64,000 nucleotides of DNA from Lobosporangium transversale (taxonomy: Eukaryota): contig NW_019028995.1 of the NCBI RefSeq assembly GCF_002105155.1, positions 682,001 through 746,000 on the forward strand. The letters run 5' to 3'. This document shows positions 24,701 through 37,359 of the stretch, one piece after another. The stretch's first letter is position 1. Each line of letters begins with the position of its first letter. A program made the position numbers and the translations under genes. The notes beneath the pieces are model-generated. The model was not told the origin of the DNA, made no database searches, and was given only the letters and a program-made list of their open reading frames with translations.

Positions 24701-27700
24701 CAAGCGTGTCTCGCTATTTGATCAATTTGTGGAGTTGTGGTTCGAGCGGGGGAAAAAGAGATTGGGTGAGACAATAGGACTAGAGGACAGGAGGATGTTT
24801 CGAATCCTGACAGATGAGGGATTTGCGCAGAATGGAATCAGATACTTGGCAGAGCTAGCTATAGCAATATACAGGCACCAAGATGGCAATCCAGTGGTGG
24901 ACTACTCCCCATTTAAAGACAAGGGCACGTGGAAGGAAGAGTACTTTAGCAGAGGCAACAAAAGATACCTTCTACGCGAGGCTTCCCCGCTCGCTCGTAC
25001 AGGCAATCAGCACCACTTTATTCACCACTCTCTTCTGGAGTATAGTCTGGCGCGGGCAATCTTCGAACCGCAAAAAGCAATGGACGCCTCCGCAAGTGGT
25101 GAAGAAGCAAAGACACCGACTTCAACTCCGCGTAGACAAAGCATCAGCTCAATATATAGTTTTGGAGCTATTGAGATGGGGGGAGATGAACAAAATATTG
25201 ATTCGACCCTACCAGATGAGAATTCGCCTTTGGTATGGAGGAGCTTTGTAAACGAGACATCTATCCTACAATTTCTGGAAGATCGCGTCCGTCTTGAACC
25301 TTTATTCAAACAGCAGCTGTATGATTATGTGGAGCTTTCGAAAAGTGATGGCAAGTGGCGGATAGCAGCAGCTAATGCGATGACAATCTTGGTTCAAGCA
25401 GGAGAGTCGTTTATCGGGGCAGACTTGCGAGGCATCCAGATCCCTGGTGCAAATATTAGTCACGGTATATTCGAATATGCTCAGTTACAAGGAGCGGATC
25501 TGAGGAAGGTCGATCTTCGGAAATGTTGGCTTCGTGAGGCGGACTTATGTGAAGCAGATATGACAGGTGTACATTTTGGTGAATGGCCACTTCTTAGAGA
25601 AAATGATGTAGTATGCCGAGGATCGTATTCCCCTGATGGCAAGACGCTCACTGCAGCTATCAAGAGTGGCTTGGTCGTTGTCTATGACACATCGACATGG
25701 GAAAAGCTCTTGACTCTGTGTGACGATGATGAAGTCTACACGCTTATATACTCACCAGACGGTCGATACATTGCCTCCTGGAATGATCAGCATACAATCT
25801 TAGTTTGTGATACAACATCAGGAACATTGGTTCACAGCTTAATGGGTCATACAAGTTGGATTTATTGCATAATATACTCACCAGATGGTCATCATCTCGC
25901 CTCCGCCAGTGATGATAAGACAGTACGTGTGTGGAATGCACGTTCTGGTGTGCTTCAGCACACATTAGAAGGTCACACTGGTGGTGTGAGAAGCGTGGCG
26001 TACTCACCAGACGGAAAAAAGATCGCAGCCGGTGGCTCTGACAAGACATTGCGGGTATGGGATTTGACATCAGGGCAACAGATACTGGTGTTGGAGGGCC
26101 ATAAATCCCGAGTTGTACAAGTTGTGTATTCACCTACTGGTCAAGAAATTATCTCTCGCTGCATATCTGAATCACTACGTGTGTGGGATGTTGAATCTGG
26201 TCAAAAGAAGCGGGTCTTAAAGCATCATAACTATGTCGAAGGAATCCAATATTCACCCAACGGAAAGTTTGCCGCTTCGTTCACCGATTTAAAAGCATTT
26301 CTTTGGGATATGCAGACAGGAAAAGTTATTCATACTCTTGAGGGACATTCTGATGCAATCAAGGATCTAAAATATTCACCAAACGGAGAGCAGATAGCCA
26401 CCTGTGGCTGCGACGGCACAGTGCGTCTTTGGGACGCGCGATCAGGACAACTTATCAATGCTTTCTATGGTCATTCCGAGTACATAAATTGGGTGTCATA
26501 CTCACCAGATAGTCAGCAGATTGCATCCTTCAGTGATGATGGCACGATACGTCTTTGGGAAACCCAAGCACGGCAATCTAGCCATGATTCATATGGCCAC
26601 ACGAAGCCGGTCAGTTGCATCAGGGGCTCGCCGGATAGACAGCAGTTAGCCACATGCAGTGAAGATGGTACAGTGCGTGTGTGGGACATACGAACAGGGC
26701 GGCCTATACATCTTCTACAAAGACACGAGGGAGCAGCATTCGACGTTATTTATTCACCTGATGGCCGATTACTTGCCACGCGGCATGGTACTCCGTGTGT
26801 TTACCTTTGGGATACTCAAACAGGTCAAGTCATCCACGCTTTGGAATTGCGAGATAAACAGAATGATGAAGTCTACGTCTTTTGTTTCTCGCCCATTGAC
26901 CACCAAATCGCCTGTGGGCACAAATCAGGAGACGTGAGTGTTTGGGACACGGCAACAGGGCAACTTATCCGTACTCTACAAGGCCAAGGTAGAGAAGTCA
27001 TCCGTGTAGTATTCTCACCTAATGCCCATCAGATTGCTTTGCGTGACAGAGGTGGTAGGATCAGAGTTTGGATAGCTCAATCTGGGAATCTCTTGTATGA
27101 GATTGAGAGCAGAGCGAGGGGTAGTACCTATATCATATATACGCCTGACAGCCAGAAGATAGTATTTATACATGACATGGCGCTGAATGTACGGAACGCA
27201 GAGACGGGGGAGCCTTGTTACAAAACAAAATTCGAATGGGGACAAGAGTGGATAGAATTTTCCCCATGTGGACAACAGATGGCTGTCGGGGGTAATAAAA
27301 GGCGGTTTAGTGTGGTGGATACGGAATCAGGAGCAGTATTATATACACTGGAAGGACACACCGATTTAATTACAGGAATTGCTTACTCGCCAGATGGCAA
27401 GTACATTGCCTCAAGTAGTGAAGACATGACAGTACAATTGTGGGACTCAAAGTCAGGCCAATGCTTATCTGTTATTCCATCTGTGGGTGGATATGCTACA
27501 GCGCTTGTATGGAATGTCTCCGCAGATGGTTACTCGTTGGCAATAGGATCTCAAGATGCTTCTGTTCGGATGTGGCGAATTGTACAGGAGGAGGATCAAT
27601 GTCTTTATCACTTGAAGTGGAGCACGAGACAAACAGTTCTCTATGCTCATAATGCATGCATTCGAGACGTATCTGAGCTGAATGGAGTCAACAAGAAGCT

Positions 27701-27965
27701 CCTGGTGGAACGTGGAGCTATAGCTAAACGTGAGCAAGCTCCTCACCATAAGCGGTCATCCAAGCCCAAGGCAGCCTCCGATCTAGTAGATCCTTACCAA
27801 GACCAACAGATAGGGACAGCTGCAGAGGAAGAGAGATCGAGGAAAGAAGCGTCGTTGGTGACGACAATGGTATCAAGTAGGTCGATCAAAGACTACCAGT
27901 TCAAATACAGTGCCTGTAGCGAGTGCAGTTTTGCACATATCATTTCATGTTCACCACGTGAGTAG
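21790..27965 (+). CDS. NLR-like protein: helical/ARM-like N-terminus, NACHT NTPase, pentapeptide repeats, ~15 WD40 repeats; 2 exons (intron 23633-23739)
   Basis: The intron gtcggc..ttctag joins the 670-aa and 1398-aa ORFs in frame. Walker A GTSGAGKS, Walker B LICDGYDE, SCRSEYL, NPFLL, FIHHSLLEY. Pentapeptides ADLRG/AQLQG/ADLRK/ADLCE. Repeats GH..YSPDG..D.TVR.WD. Confidence 0.92.
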
Positions 27966-28132
27966 AGAGACAGTGAAGTTCGTTTTTTATAAATCCCCCA
28001 GCGTGTGGTGTAACACGCTTCAAAACCAAACTCTTACGTCAGTCAAGGAGCGTCTTTTTATTAAAACCAGAGCAGGAGAAAAGCGGTTAGAACACAGAGA
28101 AAGTACATTGAGGCACAGTAGAATCACATCAC

Positions 28133-28581
28133 ATGAACGCAACACATTCTTCGTCAAGTAGCGGCGGTTCTGGCATCGGGAATCCAGCCCTTGGCTATGG
28201 CAACACACCGACATGTTACTTTGTAATGATTGGTACCAAAGACAATCCCATCTACGAAGCAGAATTTGTCTCAGTTACCACTGCACGGTCATCTTCAGGA
28301 ACATCTGGTATTCCGGAAGCTAAAGTAAGGAAAGAAAAGGATTATATCAGGTTTATCACGATCCAACAATGATGCTCGATACTTATTCTTTAACTTTTTA
28401 TTTATTTATTTTTTTCTTGACACTTTCCTTCACAAGAAAGAAGAATTTCGCCACTTGAATCAATTTATTGCCCACTCAGCACTGGATATGATTGAAGATA
28501 TTCAATGGAGCACCAACCAAATGTATGTCCAAAAGCTAGTTTGAACATGAAATGACATGATGTGATATAATGGGAATTCTC

Positions 28582-28613
<32 letters not shown>

Positions 28614-29083
28614 CTGTAGAGTTACTTACTCATTCTTTGTGTTTTTTGGGGGATCGCAAAAACATGCAACAAATAGGTATCTCAAGTCAATCGACAAGTT
28701 TAATGAGCGGTTCATCTCTGCATATCTCACTGCAGGAAACATCAAACTACTGTTATTACATGATGCCAAGAGTGAAGAATCTATTCGAAACTTTTTCAAT
28801 GATTGTTATGAGCTGTACATCAAAGTAAGCAAGTACATTTTTTTTTTTTTATTTTATTTTATTTTATTTTTTTTTTAACTTTGCATTCTAGGATTTTCAA
28901 TGTGAATAAGGGGGATTGATGTGCTAAAAAGAACTGGTCGCTAATCAGGTATTTTTTTTTTATTTGCTTTATTGTATTTTTTAAAACAAGACTTTATTGA
29001 ATCCTTTTTACGAGCCCAACAGTATCATCAGTTCACCGGCATTCGATGCAAAAGTAAGACTTAGTGCAAAGAGATGTCTTTAG
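28133..29083 (+). CDS. TRS20: TRAPP complex subunit 2 (Trs20/sedlin), multi-exon
   Basis: YFVMIGTKDNPIYEAEF, RHLNQFIAHSALDMIED, MYLKSIDKFN..ISAYLTAGNIKLLLLHD, FF..YELYIKTLLNPFY, FDAKVR; stop at 29081-29083. Confidence 0.93.
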
Positions 29084-29739
29084 AAAGCAGAGATGGAGCA
29101 AATAAATAATTAAAAATAAATAATAATAGTATAAAAAAAAATCGTCCTGAATCCAGGTGAGATTTGCATAGTAAGTGTTTAATATGATTAGATCTTTTTC
29201 TTGTTTTGCCTTTTAATTAAAAAAAGCAGCGACAGCAACGAGGACTTGTAATGGGTATGTTATGTGGGAGACAGATGCAATATGCTCAAACATCGATAAT
29301 AGAGCAATGACAGTCATTAGCAGAAGTACTTCAATAATAACAATAGCAACAGCAGAAGCCATCGGAACAACCGTAGTCTTGTAGACGTACCACAACCAGG
29401 TCTTGACACTCCGAAAAGTCTGAGCACAGGCCACTGGAACAGCATATCGTAAGAAGTTTTTTTTCAGTAAATGATTAAACGTCGCTCTCACCGCAGATGG
29501 GGTGAATTCAGCACACGTTCTTCATTCTTCACTAACAAAGAAAAAAAAAAAAAGTTCAAATAGACTCTTGAATATTCTGATCTACTTTTCAAACTCAAGC
29601 CTTCCAGCACAAAGGCAAGCTCAGAATCCAATCCACCATCACCCCCTGGATCCATATCTTTTCTCCAAAGATTATCATTTACTCCTTCTTCGTTAGTCCT
29701 ACGCCCACATTCCGCTCTATATCGTCGCAATTTTTCCAT

Positions 29740-29785
<46 letters not shown>

Positions 29786-29961
29786 TATCTAATTATTCGA
29801 CTGGGCTGAGCTTGATCTCTAATGGAGTAGCCTATGCCATTGCTGCTCTTCCTGATCAACGGAAATCAATGTTGAGTACAAAAAGTTAAAATAATCAACA
29901 GCAACAAAGGACACAACAGTTTTCTTTCCAAAATCAAGAAAATAGCATGGTTATAGCCATA

Positions 29962-29990
<29 letters not shown>

Positions 29991-29993
<3 letters not shown>

Positions 29994-30707
29994 TTTATTA
30001 GCTTTTTGAACATGATGTACCAATCCGCTTCCTAATAATAAAAAATAAAATAAAATAGAATAAAATAAATTAATACGGTTGTAAAGAACCCTAATAGGAA
30101 GGAAGACATGGATCCGTCCATTATTCTATACTGTTTTTCGTTTCTTATGTATAATTTACCTTGCAAGCCGTTATAGAGAAAATAGTTGAGTAGAGGAGCA
30201 TCCTTGCCAGAAAGTGTCTTCAGGATATCTTGGGCAAGAAATCCTCCGACGATCGCACAAACAGGAGAGATCTCCGCAGAGACAGTACTGACAAGTGTCC
30301 TTGGGAGAAGGAACATTTGAGGAAAAATAAAATAAAGAAAATCAATAAACAAATCCATCGCTTTTTCTCTTTATATAAATACGTTTTTTTTTTTTTTTTT
30401 TTTTTTAAGAAATAGTAATGTTGATAATAATGGAACTTAAAAGAAAAGAAACGTACTGAATCAGTTCATTGTCCAAAAAGGCTCCGTCCACCTGTGCAGA
30501 TTTGAGTCTCTCGTCTCTTATCCTAAACATGGCATCCAAATCTTCCTGACTGGTGCTTTGAGGTAGTTTACCTCCGTTTTCCTGTCGGAACAACCATAGC
30601 GCTATAGACCAGGGGATGAAAAAAAAAGAAAAAAAAAGAGTGCAGATAATTCATTAGTATCTTCTTCCTTTTCATTACCCGAGCGACATTTGATATTTTG
30701 ATCCGAC

Positions 30708-30749
<42 letters not shown>

Positions 30750-31307
30750 GATCTGAAAGATATTTGCTTCTGTATCCACTTTTAATTCTTTACTTTGAAT
30801 GGCAAAAAGCAGTGGAGATACTTTTCGTCGCAATGCTTTTGGTTTAGGATTGCCCCATGATGCTTCCATTGTGTCCAATAAGCTATCATAATCCTGACTC
30901 CTCTTGCTAATAACAGTTTCTGCTTCTTTTCGCTTCTCTGACGCTGGCTCTTGCGATTCTCTGTTGTTCATTGATGTAATAGGGAAGGAAAGAAGAAATA
31001 ATAATAATAAAGATATCAATCAACAAAAACCCTTAACTGAATGCGGATTCTAATAAAATGTATTTCTTATTGTCTGAAGAGAAATAACGGCAATAAGCAA
31101 ACAAAACATTGAACTTTACATACTCGCAGTATTCATGATGTGTTAGATCACAAAAAATATATCCAAAAAATCCATGCACGTCCGCAATATACAATCCAAT
31201 GTTTGACTTTCTACACACATGATCAATATGGATCTATGGGTTTAAGTATTAGTAGTAATAGTAATAAATAAGTAAATGTTATTAAACATTATCATCACAA
31301 AAATAAG

Positions 31308-31338
<31 letters not shown>

Positions 31339-32123
31339 AGTATTAGCAACACATTCATCATACCATCTGCTTAGGACTACATCCTGTGAGACACACAATA
31401 TTGAATTCTGTAAAAAAATTATCCGCTTTCTGAGCAATGTCATCCTGATCCACTATCACTTTCACTCTAGGATTAAGAAGCCTTGCTCTCTCTGCTGCTG
31501 CGTCTGCTCGCTAATAATAAGGGAGGGAAAAAAAAAGGTTCGTATTAAATACAATAGAGCAGCATTTAAAATAATCTGATCAGAACAGCAAATGAAATAG
31601 ACACATAATAATAATAATAAACTCACATTACGGCCAATGTCTTCTTGACGAATTAAAAATTGAGCGCCAAGATCTTCCTCTGTTACAATTTCATGGTCCA
31701 GCAATGTGATTGATCCTACACCAGCCAAGATAATATTCTTGCAGACCTCGTTGCTTAAGCCACGAATCCCTACGATCAAGATGGATGCGTTTCTCATCCT
31801 TATCAGATTTTATTAAACAAGCGAAATTTGGATCAGAAATAAAAATTAATAGATTAATAAATAAATATTCGACAGTAACCAGTAATCTTTATTATTGTTA
31901 TTATTATTTACCTATGTTGAGCTTCAAGTCCCCATAGGCGAATCTGGCGGTCATAGAGTGCGGCCTCATCTGCATAGCGAAATCAAGATAGACACGACAT
32001 GACGCGTAAGACTATGAATTCAAATGATAATTCCCACATGTAGAGATTGCCATGTGATTTAACTTTTTTTTTTTTTTTTTTTTTTCTCTCTTTTTCTTCC
32101 TGACCTTCAGTAATGTGTTCCAT
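29991..32123 (-). CDS. AOS1: SUMO-activating enzyme subunit 1, multi-exon
   Basis: MEHITE/DEAALYDRQIRLWGLEAQ, ILIVGIRGLSNEVCKNIILAGVGSITLLD, LGAQF, LNPRV, GFFGYIFCDL, EISPVCAIVGGFLAQDILK..APLLN. Confidence 0.92.
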
Positions 32124-32385
32124 GTTGAATATTGTAACGTTGGCGTCTTGAGCAAAGGTAAGAAAAAGAAGTGGCAAAATTGAAAGCTTTTTAACAATTT
32201 CCTCTCTTTGTGGATGTAATACAGTCACAACTTTGACCAGAAGTGATTGCTGCATCGAGCCCTCAATTAACCATTTTATTTTTATTTTTTTTCCTCCGGA
32301 AAAAGCATGCGCAGAATAGGGATTTTTGCCAGGACAGGCTCATTCTACAGCATTCCCATCACCAGGACTCTTGGTACTACGCGCC

Positions 32386-33187
32386 ATGTCCACTTTGGTA
32401 TGGCGCTCTAAACGACCTTAGAAATAATAATAATGTAATAAAAACTGATCCAGCACGCCATTAACAAAAGATTTTATCATTATGTATTACAACGTTTAGC
32501 AGGGGTGACAGTATCTCTGGGAAGGCAACAGCAACAACAACAGCAACAACGCTCATATTCATGCGCAGATGGGAAGAGTGATGCTTCTGTATCTAATGAG
32601 CCTGAATGTCCTGAGCTCGTAAGTGCTTTCTTCATCGTATTCAAAAAAAATAAAATAAAAAACCTTGTGTATGATTACTAAAACATTGTTATTTTTATTA
32701 AAATATCTAGCCTTCAACTCCTTCTTGGTCCCTTAAAACTCTCATGGAAAAACGCGATGCATTCAACACGACCGATGATCATAGCAACGACATCACACCA
32801 GAGACTATCGATCGACTTTTGAAACTCGCTCATCTCTGTAAACCTCAGGATCCAAAGGAGTTGAAACGTCTTGAGAGAGATGTGAGACGGATGCGTAACT
32901 TTTTAAACTATATCCGATCCACCGATGGATCCCAACATAATCAAACCACTCCTGTTGAGAACTTGAGGTCTTTGGTTGATGATGGCGTGGGCTTACGGCT
33001 CCGCCCGTCACCGGTATCATCAACATCAGAGAGCCTCCACCCGCATGGGTCACACAATGCACATAACGATGAAGAGAATGAACAAGAACTTTTGACAAGA
33101 CGAGACATGTTACTCAAGAGACCCAAGCGAGTAAAGGGCAATTTCTTTGTTGTTGGAACAGAACTCGATCCCAAAGAAGACAACTAA
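32386..33187 (+). CDS. Mitochondrial glutamyl-tRNA(Gln) amidotransferase small subunit (GatC/GatF-like), 3 exons
   Basis: ATG TCC ACT TTG, then introns 32398-32453 and 32619-32710 keep frame. Motifs PSWSLKTL, ITPETIDRLLKLAHL, LRSL and GNFFVV are typical of fungal GatC-like proteins. Confidence 0.72.
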
Positions 33188-33347
33188 TACGCCAATTCGC
33201 TTTATTTTATTGTTACTTTATTTGTTGTTTTTTTTTGTCTTTTATTGGGGGATAATATGTACAATACAATGGTGTAAAAAGAGAATATGCAGAATTTTGG
33301 AGAAAGCGAAGCAAAAATAAAAATAAAACAGTTGTTGATAGCGATTT

Positions 33348-35219
33348 TCACCGCAGCTCGACGGGTGGCTCTTGTTCTGGAATGCACTTAAGCTCAAAAG
33401 CTGGCGCCCTGTATGCAGCAACTTCTTCTGGGGTTAATGGTTCACCCTTGACAGAGAATTTAATCCCTGTTGCCTGGACCATTTTGAGTGTGCTATCATT
33501 CACTGTTGATTCTTTTTCCTTTTTTGTAGAACCGGAATTGCCAGCGTTTACTCCAAAAGCCCCTCCTTGGCCTTGGCCTTGACTTTGACCTAGTGCCGAC
33601 TGTCCAAATGCATTAAAGTTGCCAGAATTTCCAAACACGCTATTGCCTCCTTGGCTAAAAGCATTTTGAGACTGTTGCTGCTGCTGCTGCTGCTGTTGTT
33701 GTTGGGAAGCTCCCAAGGAACCCGATCCACTAAATGGGCTGCTTGTTGGTGCAGCTCCACCGTTTCCAAAGGCTGACTGCTGACCGAATCCTGATCCAGT
33801 CCCAAAGCCACTGGCTGTAGTCTGTGGTGCAGAGGGTGTTCCAAACGCATTTCCTCCTGTACCAAAGACACTCTGACCTGTCGCTCCTGCAAATCCACCG
33901 CTATTCCCACCAGTGCCAAATGCACTGCTTAAGTTTCCTGCCGCGGCAAAAGAATTCTGCCCTGTTCCTGCTCCCAAAGTTGATGTCTGGCCGAATGCAG
34001 AGTTCTGTTGTCCCAGAGTTGATGTTTGACCAAATACAGAGCTCTGCCCCAAGGACGATGGTTGACCAAAGGCAGAGGTTTGTCCCAATGCAGAGGGTTG
34101 ACCAAACGCCGAATTTTGACCTAACGTTGATGTCTGGCCAAACGCTGAATTTTGACCCAAGGTTGATGTCTGACCAAACGCCGAATTTTGTCCTAATGTT
34201 GATGTTTGTCCAAAAGCAGAATTTTGGCCAAACGCTGAAGGCTGACCAAATACGGACGTCCCGGTTCCAGCGCCAGCGCCAGCTCCAAATGCGTTATTTC
34301 CAGCTCCTGAGGTTGAGACTGAGGTTGAAGTGGAAGGCAAGGTGCCGCCTCCACTAGGCCGAATATTATTCATAAAATAATTGTAGGCGCCTTGTGGGTC
34401 TTTGGCAATCTTTTGGATTTCTTGATCCATGCTCACGGTCAATTGTTGAAGCTTTTGCATGAATGCATTCTGCATCCCCGCCGGCCCTGTTCCGGCTGCT
34501 GTAGCAGCTGCCATGAGACCAGAGTAATCTCCTGTCGCTGGCGGTAATGCTGGGTTCTGAGCTTCGTAGTACATCAGCCGAAGTTCCTCTGGTTGCAAAT
34601 CCTTTCCAGGGATCAAGTTGGGTTCCTCTTTTCCTGGACCATAAGACGAAAATTGATGTATAGGCCTGTCATTCATAAGATCGTTGAGGATTGTATTTGC
34701 ACTAATCAAGGCGTTTCGAAAAGATAGAAATAGGAATTGAGAGGGTATTAGAAAAAAAAAAAAAAAAAACATATTTCCATTGTTGCTCATGGAATAAAAT
34801 ATTTAAGGTTGCTTTTGTATACTTACTCGAAAGCAATCTTTTTAGTTCCTGCCGTATTTGTTCCCGCGGCATTACCACCGGCAGCGGTCCCAAAAGCGGA
34901 ATTTCGGTTGTTACCAAATCCGCCACCGCTACCAAATTTCTGCTGTTGTCCAAAACCGCCACCGCCACTACCAAAACCGCCTCCACCGCTATTTCCGCTC
35001 AAGGCTGTTAAAGGGACAAAAAAGAGTTACATATGAGTAAGATTCTGTCGTTCATTAAAAGGAATCAGAAAGTGTGAATAGAGGAAGAAGCTTACCGCTA
35101 AAAGAATTGTTGTTTGTAAAACCGCCTCCAAATCGTGTTCCTGTTTGATGAATGTTTCGGCATTGGTCACCAAATTTACATCTTCCTTGTTGGAAGAAGG
35201 TACAGATCTGACCCGACAT
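33348..35219 (-). CDS. CCCH zinc-finger FG nucleoporin (Nup42/Amo1/NUPL2-like), 3 exons
   Basis: N-terminal CTFFQQGRCKFGDQCRNIH, central FSSYGPGKEEPNLIPGKDLQPEELRLMYY, many SAFG repeats, C-terminal FELKCIPEQEPP. Confidence 0.88.
33970..34250 (-). repeat. Coding FG tandem repeat, 36-nt unit (QNSAFGQTSTLG-like)
   Basis: About 7 imperfect units visible in DNA and protein. Boundaries approximate. Confidence 0.85.
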
Positions 35220-35988
35220 AATGGTGCAGTGGAAGAGATTAACGAGGAATAACTTGGCTTTGCTGAGAGCTTTTTTTTTTAAGAATATGTATAATGAATA
35301 AAAAAAGGAAAAGAGCTTAAACAACCGCGCCGCCGTCTAACTCTTTTATTCAAAGCCACATGAGCTTTTTTCTTTTTTTAAATCATTCAGGAAGACGCGC
35401 CCTGTGGACGTATCTTGGCCACGAATAAAATGCTCATCCGGCTTATTACCTATTGTGTGTCATGTCCGGAAGTGGCAAACATAGAAAACGATGTACATTA
35501 AGATTCTATTAGTATTCGAAATTGGTACATAATCTCGTAGTAATTGGTACGTACTAGTGTCAAACGCTTTGCTGTTTCCTGGATGGGTGATCAAAGAGGA
35601 CGAGAATAGATATGAGGAAACATTTTGATGTCATTTTATGTTTTGGTTTGATCGAAAGTCGACCTTGGTTGAGTGGCAATCCCAGATGTTGGACTTTTGC
35701 ACATGTTTGTAAACATGGTATCATGAGATCAGGCCATTTTTCATTTTCAACGGTTTTGGTTATGGTTGTGGATACAGAGAAATCGGAAAAAGGCACACTC
35801 CTCTTCCAAATCCAGGGAGACAGGAATGAAAAGCAAGTAAGCAAGAGCTGACATGTTGGCTCTTGACCACATCCAACAAAGATGTAAAGGTAAAAAGAGG
35901 ACTGTGGGCCATGGCCATTCCGCTGTAGTAATTACATTTTGTTTGTTTCTATCCTATCGAACACAACAACCCTCAAAACCAGCTCAAC

Positions 35989-36023
<35 letters not shown>

Positions 36024-37359
36024 GCTCTTGCTCCTTGTTCTTGTTCCTTTTTTTTCTCCTTTCCCCTTCCTTACCCCCTCATCTCTTTGCATGCTCCTTC
36101 CTCATTTCTTTCTCTTGCTCTCTCTCTACTGTCATTCTCTTTCTCTCTCATTCTCATTCTCATTTTCATTCTCATTCTCACTCATTCTCACTCACTCATA
36201 CACACACTTTCTCTCACAGCGTTTTCTTAACGATCCTTGCCAATCACATTACTCTACATTGCTCATTCCTTCTCTTTCCTCACTACCTATTCTTATTTAT
36301 TCATTCTTTGTCTTCATTAGCCTCAGCCTCCATCGCTCTATTTCTGCCTCTCATTCTTTGCTCTTCTGCCTCAACGCTTAAAAAAGAAAATAAATCACAG
36401 CTGGTAATAATAATAAAAAACAATTTAAAAGCAATGGAACAGAAAAAATTATAATCACACAATGCACACACATACACTCTTTATTCTTTCGATGGCAATG
36501 AAGCCTTTTTCATCGCATGTCCCTTCTCTTCCTTTCCTTCTCTCCTCATTTTTAATTTTTTTTTATGTAATTGCTATTATAATCCCCTTTTCTTGTAACC
36601 CTCTCCTTTTCTGCCATGGTATTTCTCTCTATCCCCCCTTTCTTGTTTGCTCTCAGTGAAGACCGAACTTTGTCAACTGACAACTGCCAATTAGTGGTTG
36701 CTATGACGACGCGGACATATAAAAAAAAGGAGGGTGATTGAGCCATTGGCTGACATGTCTATCGTGAGTGTGTGTGCTTGTGCGAGGGAGAGACACCATT
36801 TGTCGAGAAATGGTTAGACAACCATGTCATACGGGTTATGTAAACACAATATCTGCATCTCACACTCACAAAACTGCAATTATTAATATTATTGTTGTTT
36901 TGGACCGTTTATCATTCCTTCTAGCCTTTCATCCCCATTTCCGCTAGTCCTTCTACTAGACTTGATCTTCCGCGCAAGGACTAAATATTGCTGACGCTTA
37001 TCACATCAACAACACAAAGACATAGGCTAACAGTGGCATAGAGCATCGGACCAGGAATCAACAGAAGCAGTTGAGAGTGTGACAAAAAGTTCAAGGACAT
37101 CCCCAAGTGCATACAGGATCATCATTGCAAAATAGGGGAGACATAAGCAATTAGGCCATATTGTCTCTCCAGCCATGAGCCTCGTTGCTCGACGTGGATA
37201 ACCACCTTCACCAACGCACTATTTGACCTACGACTGAAAAGGTCAAGCAGATCAAAGCACCCTTCTACTCCTTTTTTTTATTTTTTTATTTCTTCTTCTC
37301 TCTTTTCACGCACCTTTTAATCACTCGGCCACACTGAGTCATAAACAAAAAAGCTAAGC

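Noticed and set aside
29213..29859. Possible small membrane-protein gene between TRS20 and AOS1
   Set aside because: The two minus-strand ORFs could not be joined by a plausible intron, and no family was recognised.
35853..36454. Overlapping ORFs rich in F/L/S/H
   Set aside because: These are translations of CT-rich and poly-T low-complexity upstream DNA.
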